Positions 1-9,368 of a DNA stretch of 64,000 nt are shown piece after piece. The notes beneath the pieces are model-generated. The model did not search any database, was not told where the DNA came from, and saw only the letters and a list, made by a program, of their open reading frames with translations. The stretch lies in assembly GCA_938003875.1 (NCBI GenBank), contig CALKWO010000084.1, forward strand, positions 4,128-68,127. The letters are read 5' to 3'. Position numbers and translations under genes: made by a program. Position 1 is the first letter of the stretch, and every line of letters starts with the position of its first letter. The DNA comes from an uncultured bacterium (GTDB taxonomy: Bacteria > Planctomycetota > Uabimicrobiia > Uabimicrobiales > JABWCH01).

Positions 1-123
1 ATAGCATGCGCTATAGGTAGAAGATGCTGTATGAGGATAGCTTACATTAGAAACATCTCGATATGTTTCTGCAAATGCAAAGCTACACAGAATCATCATT
101 ATGATAAAAAAATTTTTGATCAT
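1..123 (-). CDS. Partial CDS (N-terminus only, continues off the left edge): exported protein with signal-peptide-like start
   Basis: ATG at 123 with AAGGA about 8 nt upstream. Reading frame is open to the window edge. N-terminus MIKNFFIIMMILCSFAFA looks like a signal peptide. Absent from the ORF track because no stop lies in the window. Confidence 0.35.
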   Translation of the reverse strand, partial: MIKNFFIIMMILCSFAFAETYRDVSNVSYPHTASSTYSACY

Positions 124-156
124 AAGATTGTCCTTTCTATTAATATATTATGAATT

Positions 157-3100
157 TTACTGCCATGTTTTTAATTCCATGACAGAATCATTCCATTGTT
201 TTGCCATATAAGCCAAAATCCGCCTGAGCATTTCTCTTCGGTATTCCAGAAGCCATGCACTCAGAATCAGAATGCTTCCTAAGCTTGCCCACCAGATTGC
301 CTGGGGAATAGTGCCGAAATTTACGTATGCAAAAAGCAGGAGCAAGATATCGCTTAGCAAGAAAACCGTACCTGAGAAGAAGAAAATAAGACGCTTTTGG
401 GTGACTCCATAGATAAGTACAGCCAGGGATTCGATAGACAGGAAAAGAGAATGGTATAGATGCTTATAGGGCGAAATACCTAAAGGTGCAAGGTGAGCAA
501 ACCATCCTGAACAGCTTTGTACCAGGGTAGGCAATAAAATCAAGACAATCCCCAGGAAAAAGCAATCGTTGTGGTAGTCTGCTTCTTTGTCGGATTTCTC
601 GAAGATATAACCCAGAACAAGAAGAAACAGCCCTAATGGCACTGTATAGAATTCCCAGACATTGGCAGCCCATGAAATCAGAGTGGCATAGTAGGAAAAA
701 AAGAAGCTTAGTGCAGCAAGTCCAAGGTGTTTTCTTGTAATTCTATACAAAACGAACAAAAGAATGGCACTTACCAGAGAAAGGGAAATTGGATAGTAGA
801 GACTTGCATGGGGAACTCCCACAAACAAGAAGAAAAAGGCAACATGAGCCAGATAGCCATTCTTGAGCATAGCGTCTGTCCAAATTTCCGCAAGCCTGCT
901 TTTGGTGGCTGCTGCAAGATAAAGCAAAAGCAAGGCAAGGACTATGGCAACAAGCATGAAAGTATCGATGGTGAAAGAATAGTATGCTCCCATAGCAAAA
1001 ATTCCGACAACACCAAAAGATACGCTCAGGAAAGCAAGCATCTTTTCCTGGATTTTATGCGCTACTATACCATAGAAGATGCCTGACAGGAACATCAAAA
1101 TCGAGAGCGAGAGACTACCCTGGTTTTTAGATAAGGCCAGAATAGGCGCAAGAAGAGTCAGACCTAAAAAAGCATGGAAAAATTCTGTCTTTCGTAGAAG
1201 TAGTGCCAGCCCTAGAGAAATCAAGGAAAGAAGGATATACTGGAATTCTATGATGTTTGTATACAGAGAAAGCTTTTCCAACATGAGATAGTAGGCAATA
1301 GCAAATAGCGTTACGGATGTATAGGACATGGTCTTTCGACTCAGCCAGAGCTTCTCTACAGGGAAAAAAGAGAGTAGCGCAAAAGAAACAGAACAAACCG
1401 ATAGCGTCATCAACGTAGGATTGACGATTTTCCCCTGAACCAATACAGACACAATCAGCCCCATGTTGCAAAGCAAGTTTACCCTGAAGATAGGAAGAGC
1501 AAAAGAAAGATCATTTTTTTTCTTGATAAGATAGGCTATCATCAGCAAGAACACATTTCCCAGAGAAAGGATAAAGGTCATCTCATTGCCATGAAATTTT
1601 TTGCTTGCAAACAAGGCTGCGAGAAGACAGGCTAAAAAGAGAATGCTGCTCAGATAGCAATAGAATGTCTGGCGATATAGGACAATGTATAGGAAATAAT
1701 AGGCAAAGGCCAGGCCAATCACAAAGGTCGAAACCAGAGCACCAGGCGTTACGCCAGGCATGAGGAAAGGCAAGGCGAGGAATGAAAACACCGTAAGCTG
1801 TGCTGTGGAAAAAGCTACCTTTTTGACGAGCGAATCTTCTCTGAGGTGTTTGCTCAGTGCCAGGAGAGCTATGGCTACAGGGATGAAGTACAGTGCGTAC
1901 TCAAAGGCATACAAATTTCGGGGCAGCCAGAAATAGTAGTGTACATACCCAAAAATAAATAGTGTATGCATGGTGAATAGATTGGGTGAGTAGCACCATA
2001 ACCCGATAGAGGCAAAAAAGAACAGGAAAGTAAACAGGATTCCTGTTTTGATTTCTGTAGCATAATAGAAATTCCAATGAACCAAAAGCTGAACAAGACA
2101 CAATAGTATCAGAACAGACGCATAGCCTCCCAGAATTCTAGCAATAGAGGCATGGGAATAGAAAAAGTAGATTGCCAGGATCAAGGCAAGGATAGCAAGA
2201 AACAGGTACAGAGTACCCCAGGAATAGAAATCTATCTTTTCGTGAAAAACAAGGAAGAAGCCTGCCGTGAAATAGGCAAGGCTAAAGACAATGTCTGTTC
2301 TTTTCTTGTATAGAGCAAGACGAATGAGGAAGAAAAGCATTCCTAGAAATACAGTGCTTTGAGCAATCCACAGATCATAGCCCAGAGAGCGAAAAAAAGA
2401 TACTAGAGTAAATGCGATTACAAGCAAAAGTGCAAACACAGGCAACACAGAAAAAACTTTGCTGTAAGAACACAGGAAATGCCCTGACACAAAGAAAAAA
2501 ATGCCCAACGCCGTCATGGAAAAACAGATATACTGTAAGCTTGCATCCAGCCTGTTGGCATGAAGAACACACAGGACAAGAAGAATCAATATGCCCGCAA
2601 GCATCATGTCTTTTCTTTGCAAAGAAATAGAGCAATAGATGTAAAAACACAAAGCAAAGACAAGAATCATGGTCAGCGTGTTAAAGTGTTCTTGGTAGAA
2701 TTCTTTTCCCCAGATAGCGACAAACACCAAGACCATAAGCACAACAATATGAGAGGCATAGAAAAGGGGTCTTTGTATCCATTCTTTTTTCTTCCAGAGA
2801 GGAAGATACTCCAGCCCTGCAAGAACCAGTCCCCAAAGTAAAAATAAGACAGACCAGGTAGAATGGCTGATGGTCGTTGTTTTTTGATACAAATTGATAA
2901 TCAAAAGCCCATTCATGGCAATGGCCAGGGAAGTGCAAAAAGCACTATGGTAAAGGCGATTGATGGCTATGTATCCAAGCATCGCAGCAACAGGAAAAGC
3001 TACAAGGCCTGATTCCTGTACATGGGTTGTGTATGCGCCCAGAATACAATATACAACAAGAACCACTGGCACAGCAATAAATCCAACCGCCTGAACGAGG

Positions 3101-4728
3101 TCTTTTCCCTTATCAGGGAGATAAGGAGCATACCGAGGCATCAGACCAAGCATCAGAAAAGAAGCCAGTACAGGCAAGATTCCCTGCCAGAAAGTTGCCA
3201 TTCCTGCGATATGGCTAAAACCTGCAATCGCCAGTAGCAAAGAAATAGACGTGCTGGCACAGGAAAACAGGGCAAAAAAAGGATGAGGCAAGAAAAGAAT
3301 CTGGAGAAGCCCCAAAGCAGAGGTACATAGCATGACCCAGGAAAAAATATCTGTGTTCCACCAAAAAACGCATTCTACAATGGCTATTAGCGAGATTAGA
3401 TTCGCTGCGGACTGCAAAATCAAGGTAATCAAAGCAAGCGTTTTTTTCTGGGTGAAATAGGCTGGCAGAAGGAATAGAATCGAGTTCAAAGCGAAAAATA
3501 AGGCAAATTTTTCGGAAGGAACAATAAATTTTTGCAGTGTCAGGAAATGCGACCAGAAAACGAGAATACTGGCAAGCAAGGTAAACAAGGCACTTCGTAG
3601 CAACCAGGCATTCCAGGCAAAAAGCAAGCTTGTAAGCCAAAAAACGATATAGCGATTGCCATGATCCGCCAGCAACCCTACTTTTACGGCAAAGTAGAAA
3701 TTCAGGGGGAAAAACACAGATGCCAGAAGCACAAGTGTGAACCCGATTTTATGAATCCACTGGTTTTTTCTAAGGATGTTGTAGCCTACAGCAAAGCAGG
3801 TAAGAGTGCATAGCAGAAAGCTTCCAAAAACCAGATATTTATAGCTTTCCCAATGGCTTCGTAAAAAGACGACAACAGCAGTGAAAACAAAGGATACGCC
3901 TAGAATCAAAAGGATAGTGACAATGTTCTGGCTTAAAAAGGAAGCAAGAGCAAAAGAAGATTTTGGCTCAGGCATTTTTTCTGGAATAGAGACACTCTTC
4001 TCTGTTTTTTCTAAAGGAGCAGAAGACGTTTTATCCTCCTGCTTTTCCGTAGCAATTTTCTCAGGAATCGCAACAGATTGTCTGAAATCTTGTGGCTCTA
4101 TCACAGATACACAATAGAACCATGCAAAAGCAAGACATAAAAATTCTGGGCTGTGATCTAGGATTCCATGATTGAAAAAGCATATCGCCAGAAAAGTGAG
4201 AATCTCCCATGCCAAATTGCCCGCTGCTTTGCTTATATTGCTTTTGGCTAAAGCAAAGACTTTATAGAGTTTTTTCCTTCTCAGGCCTAAATACCAGTAA
4301 AGGCCAAGAAAGATGCCGATTCCTATAATATTATGCCTGCTAGGAATCATACAAAGCAGTATGAGAAAAACCAGAACAGCGATGCCTCTTCTTGTCCAGA
4401 GTGCCTTCTTGTCTGTTATTTTCCTGATCAGGAAATCCAGTGTCATATCCACTTTGATTGCCCCTGCAATCCACCAAAAGATAAGCAGCGCAGAGACCCA
4501 ATACCAGTTATATCTGGAAGAAAAATGATAGTGAATTATGAACAGAGTAAGGGTCAGTTTTATCGCTGTTTTGATAAGATAGGGATTGCTAAAGAGGACT
4601 TTCCAGCGATTGTAGCTGGCTGTAAGCCAAAAGACAGCAAGAACAAATGCCAGCAAAGCGGATTCATAAATCATTCCTGTTATAGCAAGCACAATGGCAA
4701 ATAGTATCCCAATCTTTTTTGTGGACAC
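157..4728 (-). CDS. Giant (1523 aa) polytopic integral membrane protein, family not recognised
   Basis: One uninterrupted ORF, almost entirely hydrophobic helices (dozens of TM-like segments). The only clear soluble linker is at about aa 215-265 (…AIPEKIATEKQEDKTSSAPLEKTEKSVSIPEKMPEPKSS…). Starts 3 nt after the stop of the SPFH gene. Confidence 0.8.
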   Translation of the reverse strand: MSTKKIGILFAIVLAITGMIYESALLAFVLAVFWLTASYNRWKVLFSNPYLIKTAIKLTLTLFIIHYHFSSRYNWYWVSALLIFWWIAGAIKVDMTLDFLIRKITDKKALWTRRGIAVLVFLILLCMIPSRHNIIGIGIFLGLYWYLGLRRKKLYKVFALAKSNISKAAGNLAWEILTFLAICFFNHGILDHSPEFLCLAFAWFYCVSVIEPQDFRQSVAIPEKIATEKQEDKTSSAPLEKTEKSVSIPEKMPEPKSSFALASFLSQNIVTILLILGVSFVFTAVVVFLRSHWESYKYLVFGSFLLCTLTCFAVGYNILRKNQWIHKIGFTLVLLASVFFPLNFYFAVKVGLLADHGNRYIVFWLTSLLFAWNAWLLRSALFTLLASILVFWSHFLTLQKFIVPSEKFALFFALNSILFLLPAYFTQKKTLALITLILQSAANLISLIAIVECVFWWNTDIFSWVMLCTSALGLLQILFLPHPFFALFSCASTSISLLLAIAGFSHIAGMATFWQGILPVLASFLMLGLMPRYAPYLPDKGKDLVQAVGFIAVPVVLVVYCILGAYTTHVQESGLVAFPVAAMLGYIAINRLYHSAFCTSLAIAMNGLLIINLYQKTTTISHSTWSVLFLLWGLVLAGLEYLPLWKKKEWIQRPLFYASHIVVLMVLVFVAIWGKEFYQEHFNTLTMILVFALCFYIYCSISLQRKDMMLAGILILLVLCVLHANRLDASLQYICFSMTALGIFFFVSGHFLCSYSKVFSVLPVFALLLVIAFTLVSFFRSLGYDLWIAQSTVFLGMLFFLIRLALYKKRTDIVFSLAYFTAGFFLVFHEKIDFYSWGTLYLFLAILALILAIYFFYSHASIARILGGYASVLILLCLVQLLVHWNFYYATEIKTGILFTFLFFFASIGLWCYSPNLFTMHTLFIFGYVHYYFWLPRNLYAFEYALYFIPVAIALLALSKHLREDSLVKKVAFSTAQLTVFSFLALPFLMPGVTPGALVSTFVIGLAFAYYFLYIVLYRQTFYCYLSSILFLACLLAALFASKKFHGNEMTFILSLGNVFLLMIAYLIKKKNDLSFALPIFRVNLLCNMGLIVSVLVQGKIVNPTLMTLSVCSVSFALLSFFPVEKLWLSRKTMSYTSVTLFAIAYYLMLEKLSLYTNIIEFQYILLSLISLGLALLLRKTEFFHAFLGLTLLAPILALSKNQGSLSLSILMFLSGIFYGIVAHKIQEKMLAFLSVSFGVVGIFAMGAYYSFTIDTFMLVAIVLALLLLYLAAATKSRLAEIWTDAMLKNGYLAHVAFFFLFVGVPHASLYYPISLSLVSAILLFVLYRITRKHLGLAALSFFFSYYATLISWAANVWEFYTVPLGLFLLVLGYIFEKSDKEADYHNDCFFLGIVLILLPTLVQSCSGWFAHLAPLGISPYKHLYHSLFLSIESLAVLIYGVTQKRLIFFFSGTVFLLSDILLLLFAYVNFGTIPQAIWWASLGSILILSAWLLEYRREMLRRILAYMAKQWNDSVMELKTWQ

Positions 4729-4731
4729 AGG

Positions 4732-6030
4732 CTATTCCCCTTTGTGTTTAAGTGCTTTCATGGCTTCTTCCATCATAAAACCATCTGCCTGGGAAGGAAC
4801 CACAATGACTTGTACTTTATCCGAAATCTTGTCTACATATAAAAAGCGTAGAAGAGCAGGATTCTCTGCAATCACTTTTTGTACTTTCAGCAGAGCTTCT
4901 GCTTTCCCTTCGGCCTTGAGGATCTCCGCTGCCTTATAGCCTTCTGCGCGGATAAGATCAGCAGCCTTTTGGGTTTCTGCTTCTTTGAGCTGCATTTCCT
5001 GTTCTTTGAGCTTTTTCTGCATGGTAATTTCATCTTGTTTTTGCTCGACCTTTGCAGTAAGCTCCAGTTGCTCTATTCTTTTCTGGGTTCTCTGAATTTC
5101 ATCCAGAACTTTTTGGTATTCTGGATCGAATTCCATAGATTCCAGAGCAACATCGTCAATTTTCACCTTAGAATCAAGGATTTTGTTGTAAGCTTCTTTG
5201 CGCAGACGTTGGGTCAATTCTATACGGCTTTCGCTGGCATAGATTTTTTCTAGCTCTTCGGAAACCACGATCTGGTTTACAATGCTCTCGATTTTAGGCA
5301 TGACAAAGCCCTTCAGATAGCCTGTGCCTAAAAGATTGTGTACAAATTCAGCATCCTGTGGCTCTACATGGTAGTATACCTGAAGATTCAAAAAGAATCG
5401 CTTTTTGTCTTTGCTAAAGCATTCTTTTCTCAGTCTTTCCATTTTGACCTGAGAGGGATAGTAGCTTTCAATATCCTTTGTGTATTGAGAAGGAAAAGAA
5501 ATGCTGTCTAAAACAATATTGGTAATTTTGACCCCTGCCTCTTCCCATTCTGCTATAAGATTTTTCCGAATGCTCGCCAGCAGGCTTTCTTTTGCCTGAG
5601 CAAATATTTCTTGCCTGTTGAAACTTCTGATTCCTTCTAGCAAATACATCTGGGAAACTTTACGCATTTTTTCTGTGATTTTATAGTCATTCCCATATTT
5701 TTTGTGGAGCTCAATGAGCTTTTCTGGGATGATTTGATAGTAAGTACTTAAAGAAGCATAAACTTCTCTCTTATCTGCTGTGATAGCCTTATCAGCAGTA
5801 ATATTGATAGCCATTTCTCGCATATCGTACTCTCGTATGCTAATCATCAGAGGCCTTCTCCAATACCAGCCAGCAGGCAAAGGATCAGGCAAAACACGAG
5901 GCTGGCCTATGGCAGCGATTTCGACTCCCATATAACCATCTTCGATAATACGGAATCCAGAGAAAAATAAAACCAGAGCGACAATAAGAATCACGACCAA
6001 AAGCAAAGCACGAAAGAGAAAATTTTTCAT
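4732..6030 (-). CDS. SPFH/Band-7 (stomatin/prohibitin/HflKC-like) membrane scaffold protein; apparently two SPFH-like halves plus a coiled-coil tail
   Basis: N-terminal TM helix followed by FRIIEDGYMGVE…, a typical SPFH start. C-terminal coiled coil with AEGYKAAEILKAEGKAEALLKVQKVIAENPALLRFLYVDKI. Internal similarity between …VKITNIVLDSISFPSQYTKDIE… and …VKIDDVALESMEFDPEYQKVLDEIQ…. Confidence 0.8.
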   Translation of the reverse strand: MKNFLFRALLLVVILIVALVLFFSGFRIIEDGYMGVEIAAIGQPRVLPDPLPAGWYWRRPLMISIREYDMREMAINITADKAITADKREVYASLSTYYQIIPEKLIELHKKYGNDYKITEKMRKVSQMYLLEGIRSFNRQEIFAQAKESLLASIRKNLIAEWEEAGVKITNIVLDSISFPSQYTKDIESYYPSQVKMERLRKECFSKDKKRFFLNLQVYYHVEPQDAEFVHNLLGTGYLKGFVMPKIESIVNQIVVSEELEKIYASESRIELTQRLRKEAYNKILDSKVKIDDVALESMEFDPEYQKVLDEIQRTQKRIEQLELTAKVEQKQDEITMQKKLKEQEMQLKEAETQKAADLIRAEGYKAAEILKAEGKAEALLKVQKVIAENPALLRFLYVDKISDKVQVIVVPSQADGFMMEEAMKALKHKGE

Positions 6031-6050
6031 AGAACTCTCTCCAAAAATGT

Positions 6051-6344
6051 TTATTTTTGTATATATATGGTGCGCCTGGAAACAATCCCTACACTAAAAA
6101 AATGAATCAGGCTATCCCATACACTGAATTTGCTTATTACCTGATAGTTAGGACTTTGAGCAAGAGCACCAGCATCTTTGTCCTGCCCGACAGGAACTAT
6201 ACCCCATAAAACATACCATTGATGGTGGATTTCTTCTTCACTGGATTTATGAAAGCCACTTCCCATAGTATATTGGTGTCTGAAACAACCAGAACACAAA
6301 ACCAAACACAACAGCAATAATAAAGAACATTTTTTCAACATCAT
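6051..6344 (-). CDS. Small lipoprotein, Bor-family-like
   Basis: Lipobox LVLCSGC. 97 aa, the same length as lambda Bor and alignable to it by eye (…HHQWYVLWGI… / …FFSVGIVSRRTIY…). AGGAG RBS upstream. Confidence 0.55.
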   Translation of the reverse strand: MMLKKCSLLLLLCLVLCSGCFRHQYTMGSGFHKSSEEEIHHQWYVLWGIVPVGQDKDAGALAQSPNYQVISKFSVWDSLIHFFSVGIVSRRTIYIQK

Positions 6345-6487
6345 TTACTCCTGGTTATAAAAAAAATATCGTGGTGTGTTTACTATTTTTAGCGACCGGA
6401 ATTAAATAACTTCCCCATTTTCTAAAATAAAACAAGTGGAATTTCTAAAAGTAAGTATAAAGCCCATAGTTCAACATCAAATTAGAA

Positions 6488-7363
6488 TTAAAAATTTGCA
6501 TTTTCCCCCAATATCAAGATCACCCCAAACAACATCCCCAAGATAGCAATAGCCTTACGACAGAGGGCATGTTCATGGAAAATTTTTCCACCTAGAATTG
6601 CGCTAAAGAAAACAGATGTTCTCTTGATTGATAAAACCAGAGCTACTGGCGCAATTTTTACGGCTTCTATTTGAGTATAGCGATAAATCAAGGTAAAGAT
6701 AGCTACAAGAACAATCCATTTCCATGGAATTGTTGTTACCGCCTGTTTTTTGGCAAAAAAACAAAAAACAGCCAGGAAAAAAAGCAGAAAAAAAATTTCC
6801 TGAAAGAACAAAAAAGCATAGGGCTGTACCCTGTATTTTCCTAACAACAGCTTATCTAAAAGTGATGTGATACTAAAAAGAAGCAAAGCGATGAAAACAT
6901 AGTGGTGTTTGGAAGACCGCAAAAAGGAAAAAAATTCTGTTCTGATTTTTTTCTCTTGTTCCCATTCTAACGCATAGGCCCCTGAGATCAAAAGCAGCAT
7001 ACCTAAAATGCTATGAATAGAAAGTGCTTCTCCTAATAGTATCCATGCACTTAATGCAACAAAACCTGGCGTAAGAACCATCAATGGCAATGCAATGCTA
7101 ATTTCTAGATTTTTCAGAGACAGCATTACAAAAAGAAAGGCGTTGGCATTTAGGATACTTTTTACCAATAGAACCAACAGGATAGTCCAGGAAAGTTTGC
7201 TAAAATCAATATTCCAGACAAAGGGAAGACAAAAAAAAATATTAAATAGACTAAGATAAAAAGAAAATGCTAATGCTTCCATTTGATGTAGGATTTTTTT
7301 TTGTGAAATAGCAGCAGCGGAAGAAAAAATAGAGGATATAAGAGCGAAAAAGAACCATTGCAT
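6488..7363 (-). CDS. EamA/DMT-superfamily transporter (10-TM permease)
   Basis: 291 aa made of two similar 5-TM halves, with a composition typical of the EamA family. Confidence 0.6.
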   Translation of the reverse strand: MQWFFFALISSIFSSAAAISQKKILHQMEALAFSFYLSLFNIFFCLPFVWNIDFSKLSWTILLVLLVKSILNANAFLFVMLSLKNLEISIALPLMVLTPGFVALSAWILLGEALSIHSILGMLLLISGAYALEWEQEKKIRTEFFSFLRSSKHHYVFIALLLFSITSLLDKLLLGKYRVQPYAFLFFQEIFFLLFFLAVFCFFAKKQAVTTIPWKWIVLVAIFTLIYRYTQIEAVKIAPVALVLSIKRTSVFFSAILGGKIFHEHALCRKAIAILGMLFGVILILGENANF

Positions 7364-7542
7364 AGATTAAGCCCTAACTTTGTTTTAGTCAAAATTTTGT
7401 TAAACATATTTCAAGAGAAGATATAAATAGTGACTTCTTTAAAAGTATGCTAGAACCGCAAAATGGAGTAGATGCTATTTCCATAGCACTACTCATTTTG
7501 CACAAGATCATTTTGACCAATACAGTAAATTCAAAATTTTTC

Positions 7543-9300
7543 CTATACGATGCCACGAGGTTTTTTTTCACAATAATGAGTATGAAGCAATTCATGAGCT
7601 TTGTGCCCATTGGGCGTACCTAAAAATTCTTCATACAGCTTCTTTATATATTCATTTTCATGAGATTTGCGAAGCTTTTTCTGGCTGTCTATCGTATACA
7701 ATGCCTTCGCTCTTTGCTGGATTAGTTCAGTATCCATGATATGGATGCCTTCGGGAGGATAAGGCTGTCCACCGCCACCAATGCATCCTCCAGGACATGC
7801 CATGATTTCAATAATGTGGTATTTCTTTTCACCTCTTTGTAACTTGCCAAGAATGTGTTTAGCATTTTCCAATCCGTTAGAAACAGCAATGCTCAAAACT
7901 TTACCATTGATAGTGAGTTCGGCTTCTTTTGCTCCTGCCACTCCTCTCACCTGATGAAAATCGAGATTTTCGCAGACTTTTCCAGTAAGTTTTTCGTATG
8001 CAGTCCGCAGCGCAGCTTCCATGACACCGCCTGTAGTTCCAAAAATATCGCCTGCTCCAGAGGAAAGGCCTAAAGGATTATCAAAATCACTGTCATGAAG
8101 GTGCTGGAAATCAATTCCATAGCATTTCATCATCCAGATAAGTTCTCTCGTTGTTAAAACGGTATCTGTATATGGATATCCATCTTTTGATATATGTTCA
8201 GGTCTTTTGGCTTCATATTTTTTTGCTGTACAGGGCATGACCGCTACGACGTAAATATTTTTAGGATCAATTCCCTCTTTTTCAGCATAGTATGTTTTCA
8301 ACAAAACGGATTGCATAGACATTGGAGAACGACAAGTGGATGCATAAGGAATCAACTCTGGATAAAAGTGTTCCATAAAATTGATCCAGCCAGGAGAGCA
8401 AGAAGTGATCAAAGGCAAATTTTCATTTTTTTCCAATCGAGTCAAAAATTCCGTAGCTTCCTCGATAATTGTCAAATCTGCACTGAAATTTGTATCGAAA
8501 ACTTTAGCAAATCCCATCAGTCGAAGAGCAGTGACCATTTTCCCCGTTGCAGGTGTTCCAATGGGGTATCCAAATCCTTCGCCAATAGCCGCACGAATAG
8601 AAGGTGCTGTATGAACAACAACGTGTTTCTTTTTATCCATCAATGCCTGAAAAACTTCTTCCGTATGATTGTGTTCTATAATAGCAGCAGTAGGACATAC
8701 GTTTGCGCATTGTCCACAATGTACGCATACAGATTCTTGCATTGGCTTCATATAAGCAGGAGCTACCACCATATCGCTTCCTCTATGATGCTGACTCAAG
8801 TTATTTACTCCCTGCACTTCAGAACAGACTCTTACGCAACGACCACAAAAGATACACTTTTCTGGATTTCGAGCTATGGCAGGAGAAGAAATATCTTTGG
8901 AATGATGGTTACGTTCCTTGACATTAAAAAATCTTTGTCTAATTCCAAGATCATAAGCCAATTTCTGTAGTTCACAGTTGCAGTTTCTTTCGCATGTCTG
9001 ACAATCCTGGGGATGATTGTTGAGAATTAACTCCACAATATCACGCCTCAACTGTCGAAGAGATGTAGAATGTGTGTGTATCTTCATACCTTCCTGAACT
9101 GGATAAGTACAAGATGCTATTGGTTTGGGAAAACCTTCTACTTCTACCAGACAAACGCGGCAAGAGCCTTGAATGCTAAGATGAGGGTGATAGCAAAGTC
9201 TCGGTATATGGATACCTATTGCATCGGCTGCCTGCAATACTGTGCTTCCTGCAGAAATTTTTGTTTTTATACCATCAATCGTAAGATTCACTTCCGTCAT
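7543..9300 (-). CDS. [FeFe]-hydrogenase, CpI-like M3 architecture (2Fe-2S, His-ligated 4Fe-4S, 2x 4Fe-4S, H-cluster domain)
   Basis: N-terminal 2Fe-2S ferredoxin fold (CYHPHLSIQGSCRVCLVEV). HPQDCQTCERNCNCELQ. CIFCGRCVRVC and CVHCGQCANVCP. H-cluster motifs TSCSPGW (L1 variant), MPCTAKKYE (L2) and EIMACPGGCIGGGGQP (L3). Confidence 0.93.
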   Translation of the reverse strand: MTEVNLTIDGIKTKISAGSTVLQAADAIGIHIPRLCYHPHLSIQGSCRVCLVEVEGFPKPIASCTYPVQEGMKIHTHSTSLRQLRRDIVELILNNHPQDCQTCERNCNCELQKLAYDLGIRQRFFNVKERNHHSKDISSPAIARNPEKCIFCGRCVRVCSEVQGVNNLSQHHRGSDMVVAPAYMKPMQESVCVHCGQCANVCPTAAIIEHNHTEEVFQALMDKKKHVVVHTAPSIRAAIGEGFGYPIGTPATGKMVTALRLMGFAKVFDTNFSADLTIIEEATEFLTRLEKNENLPLITSCSPGWINFMEHFYPELIPYASTCRSPMSMQSVLLKTYYAEKEGIDPKNIYVVAVMPCTAKKYEAKRPEHISKDGYPYTDTVLTTRELIWMMKCYGIDFQHLHDSDFDNPLGLSSGAGDIFGTTGGVMEAALRTAYEKLTGKVCENLDFHQVRGVAGAKEAELTINGKVLSIAVSNGLENAKHILGKLQRGEKKYHIIEIMACPGGCIGGGGQPYPPEGIHIMDTELIQQRAKALYTIDSQKKLRKSHENEYIKKLYEEFLGTPNGHKAHELLHTHYCEKKPRGIV

Positions 9301-9368
9301 AATTCTTAATTTCCTTATATTATTACTCTACAAATGGCTTCTTTCACTATACTATCCTCTATAAAAAC

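Noticed and set aside
7389-7610. 73-aa minus-strand ORF downstream of and overlapping the hydrogenase 3' end
   Set aside because: It overlaps the hydA C-terminus in another frame, with no RBS and no recognisable features. It is probably non-coding spacer.
8194-8970. 258-aa plus-strand ORF
   Set aside because: It lies entirely antisense to the hydrogenase gene, whose motifs are unambiguous. Its translation is low-complexity (S/R/F/C-rich) with no recognisable family, the usual shadow ORF of an AT-rich coding region.
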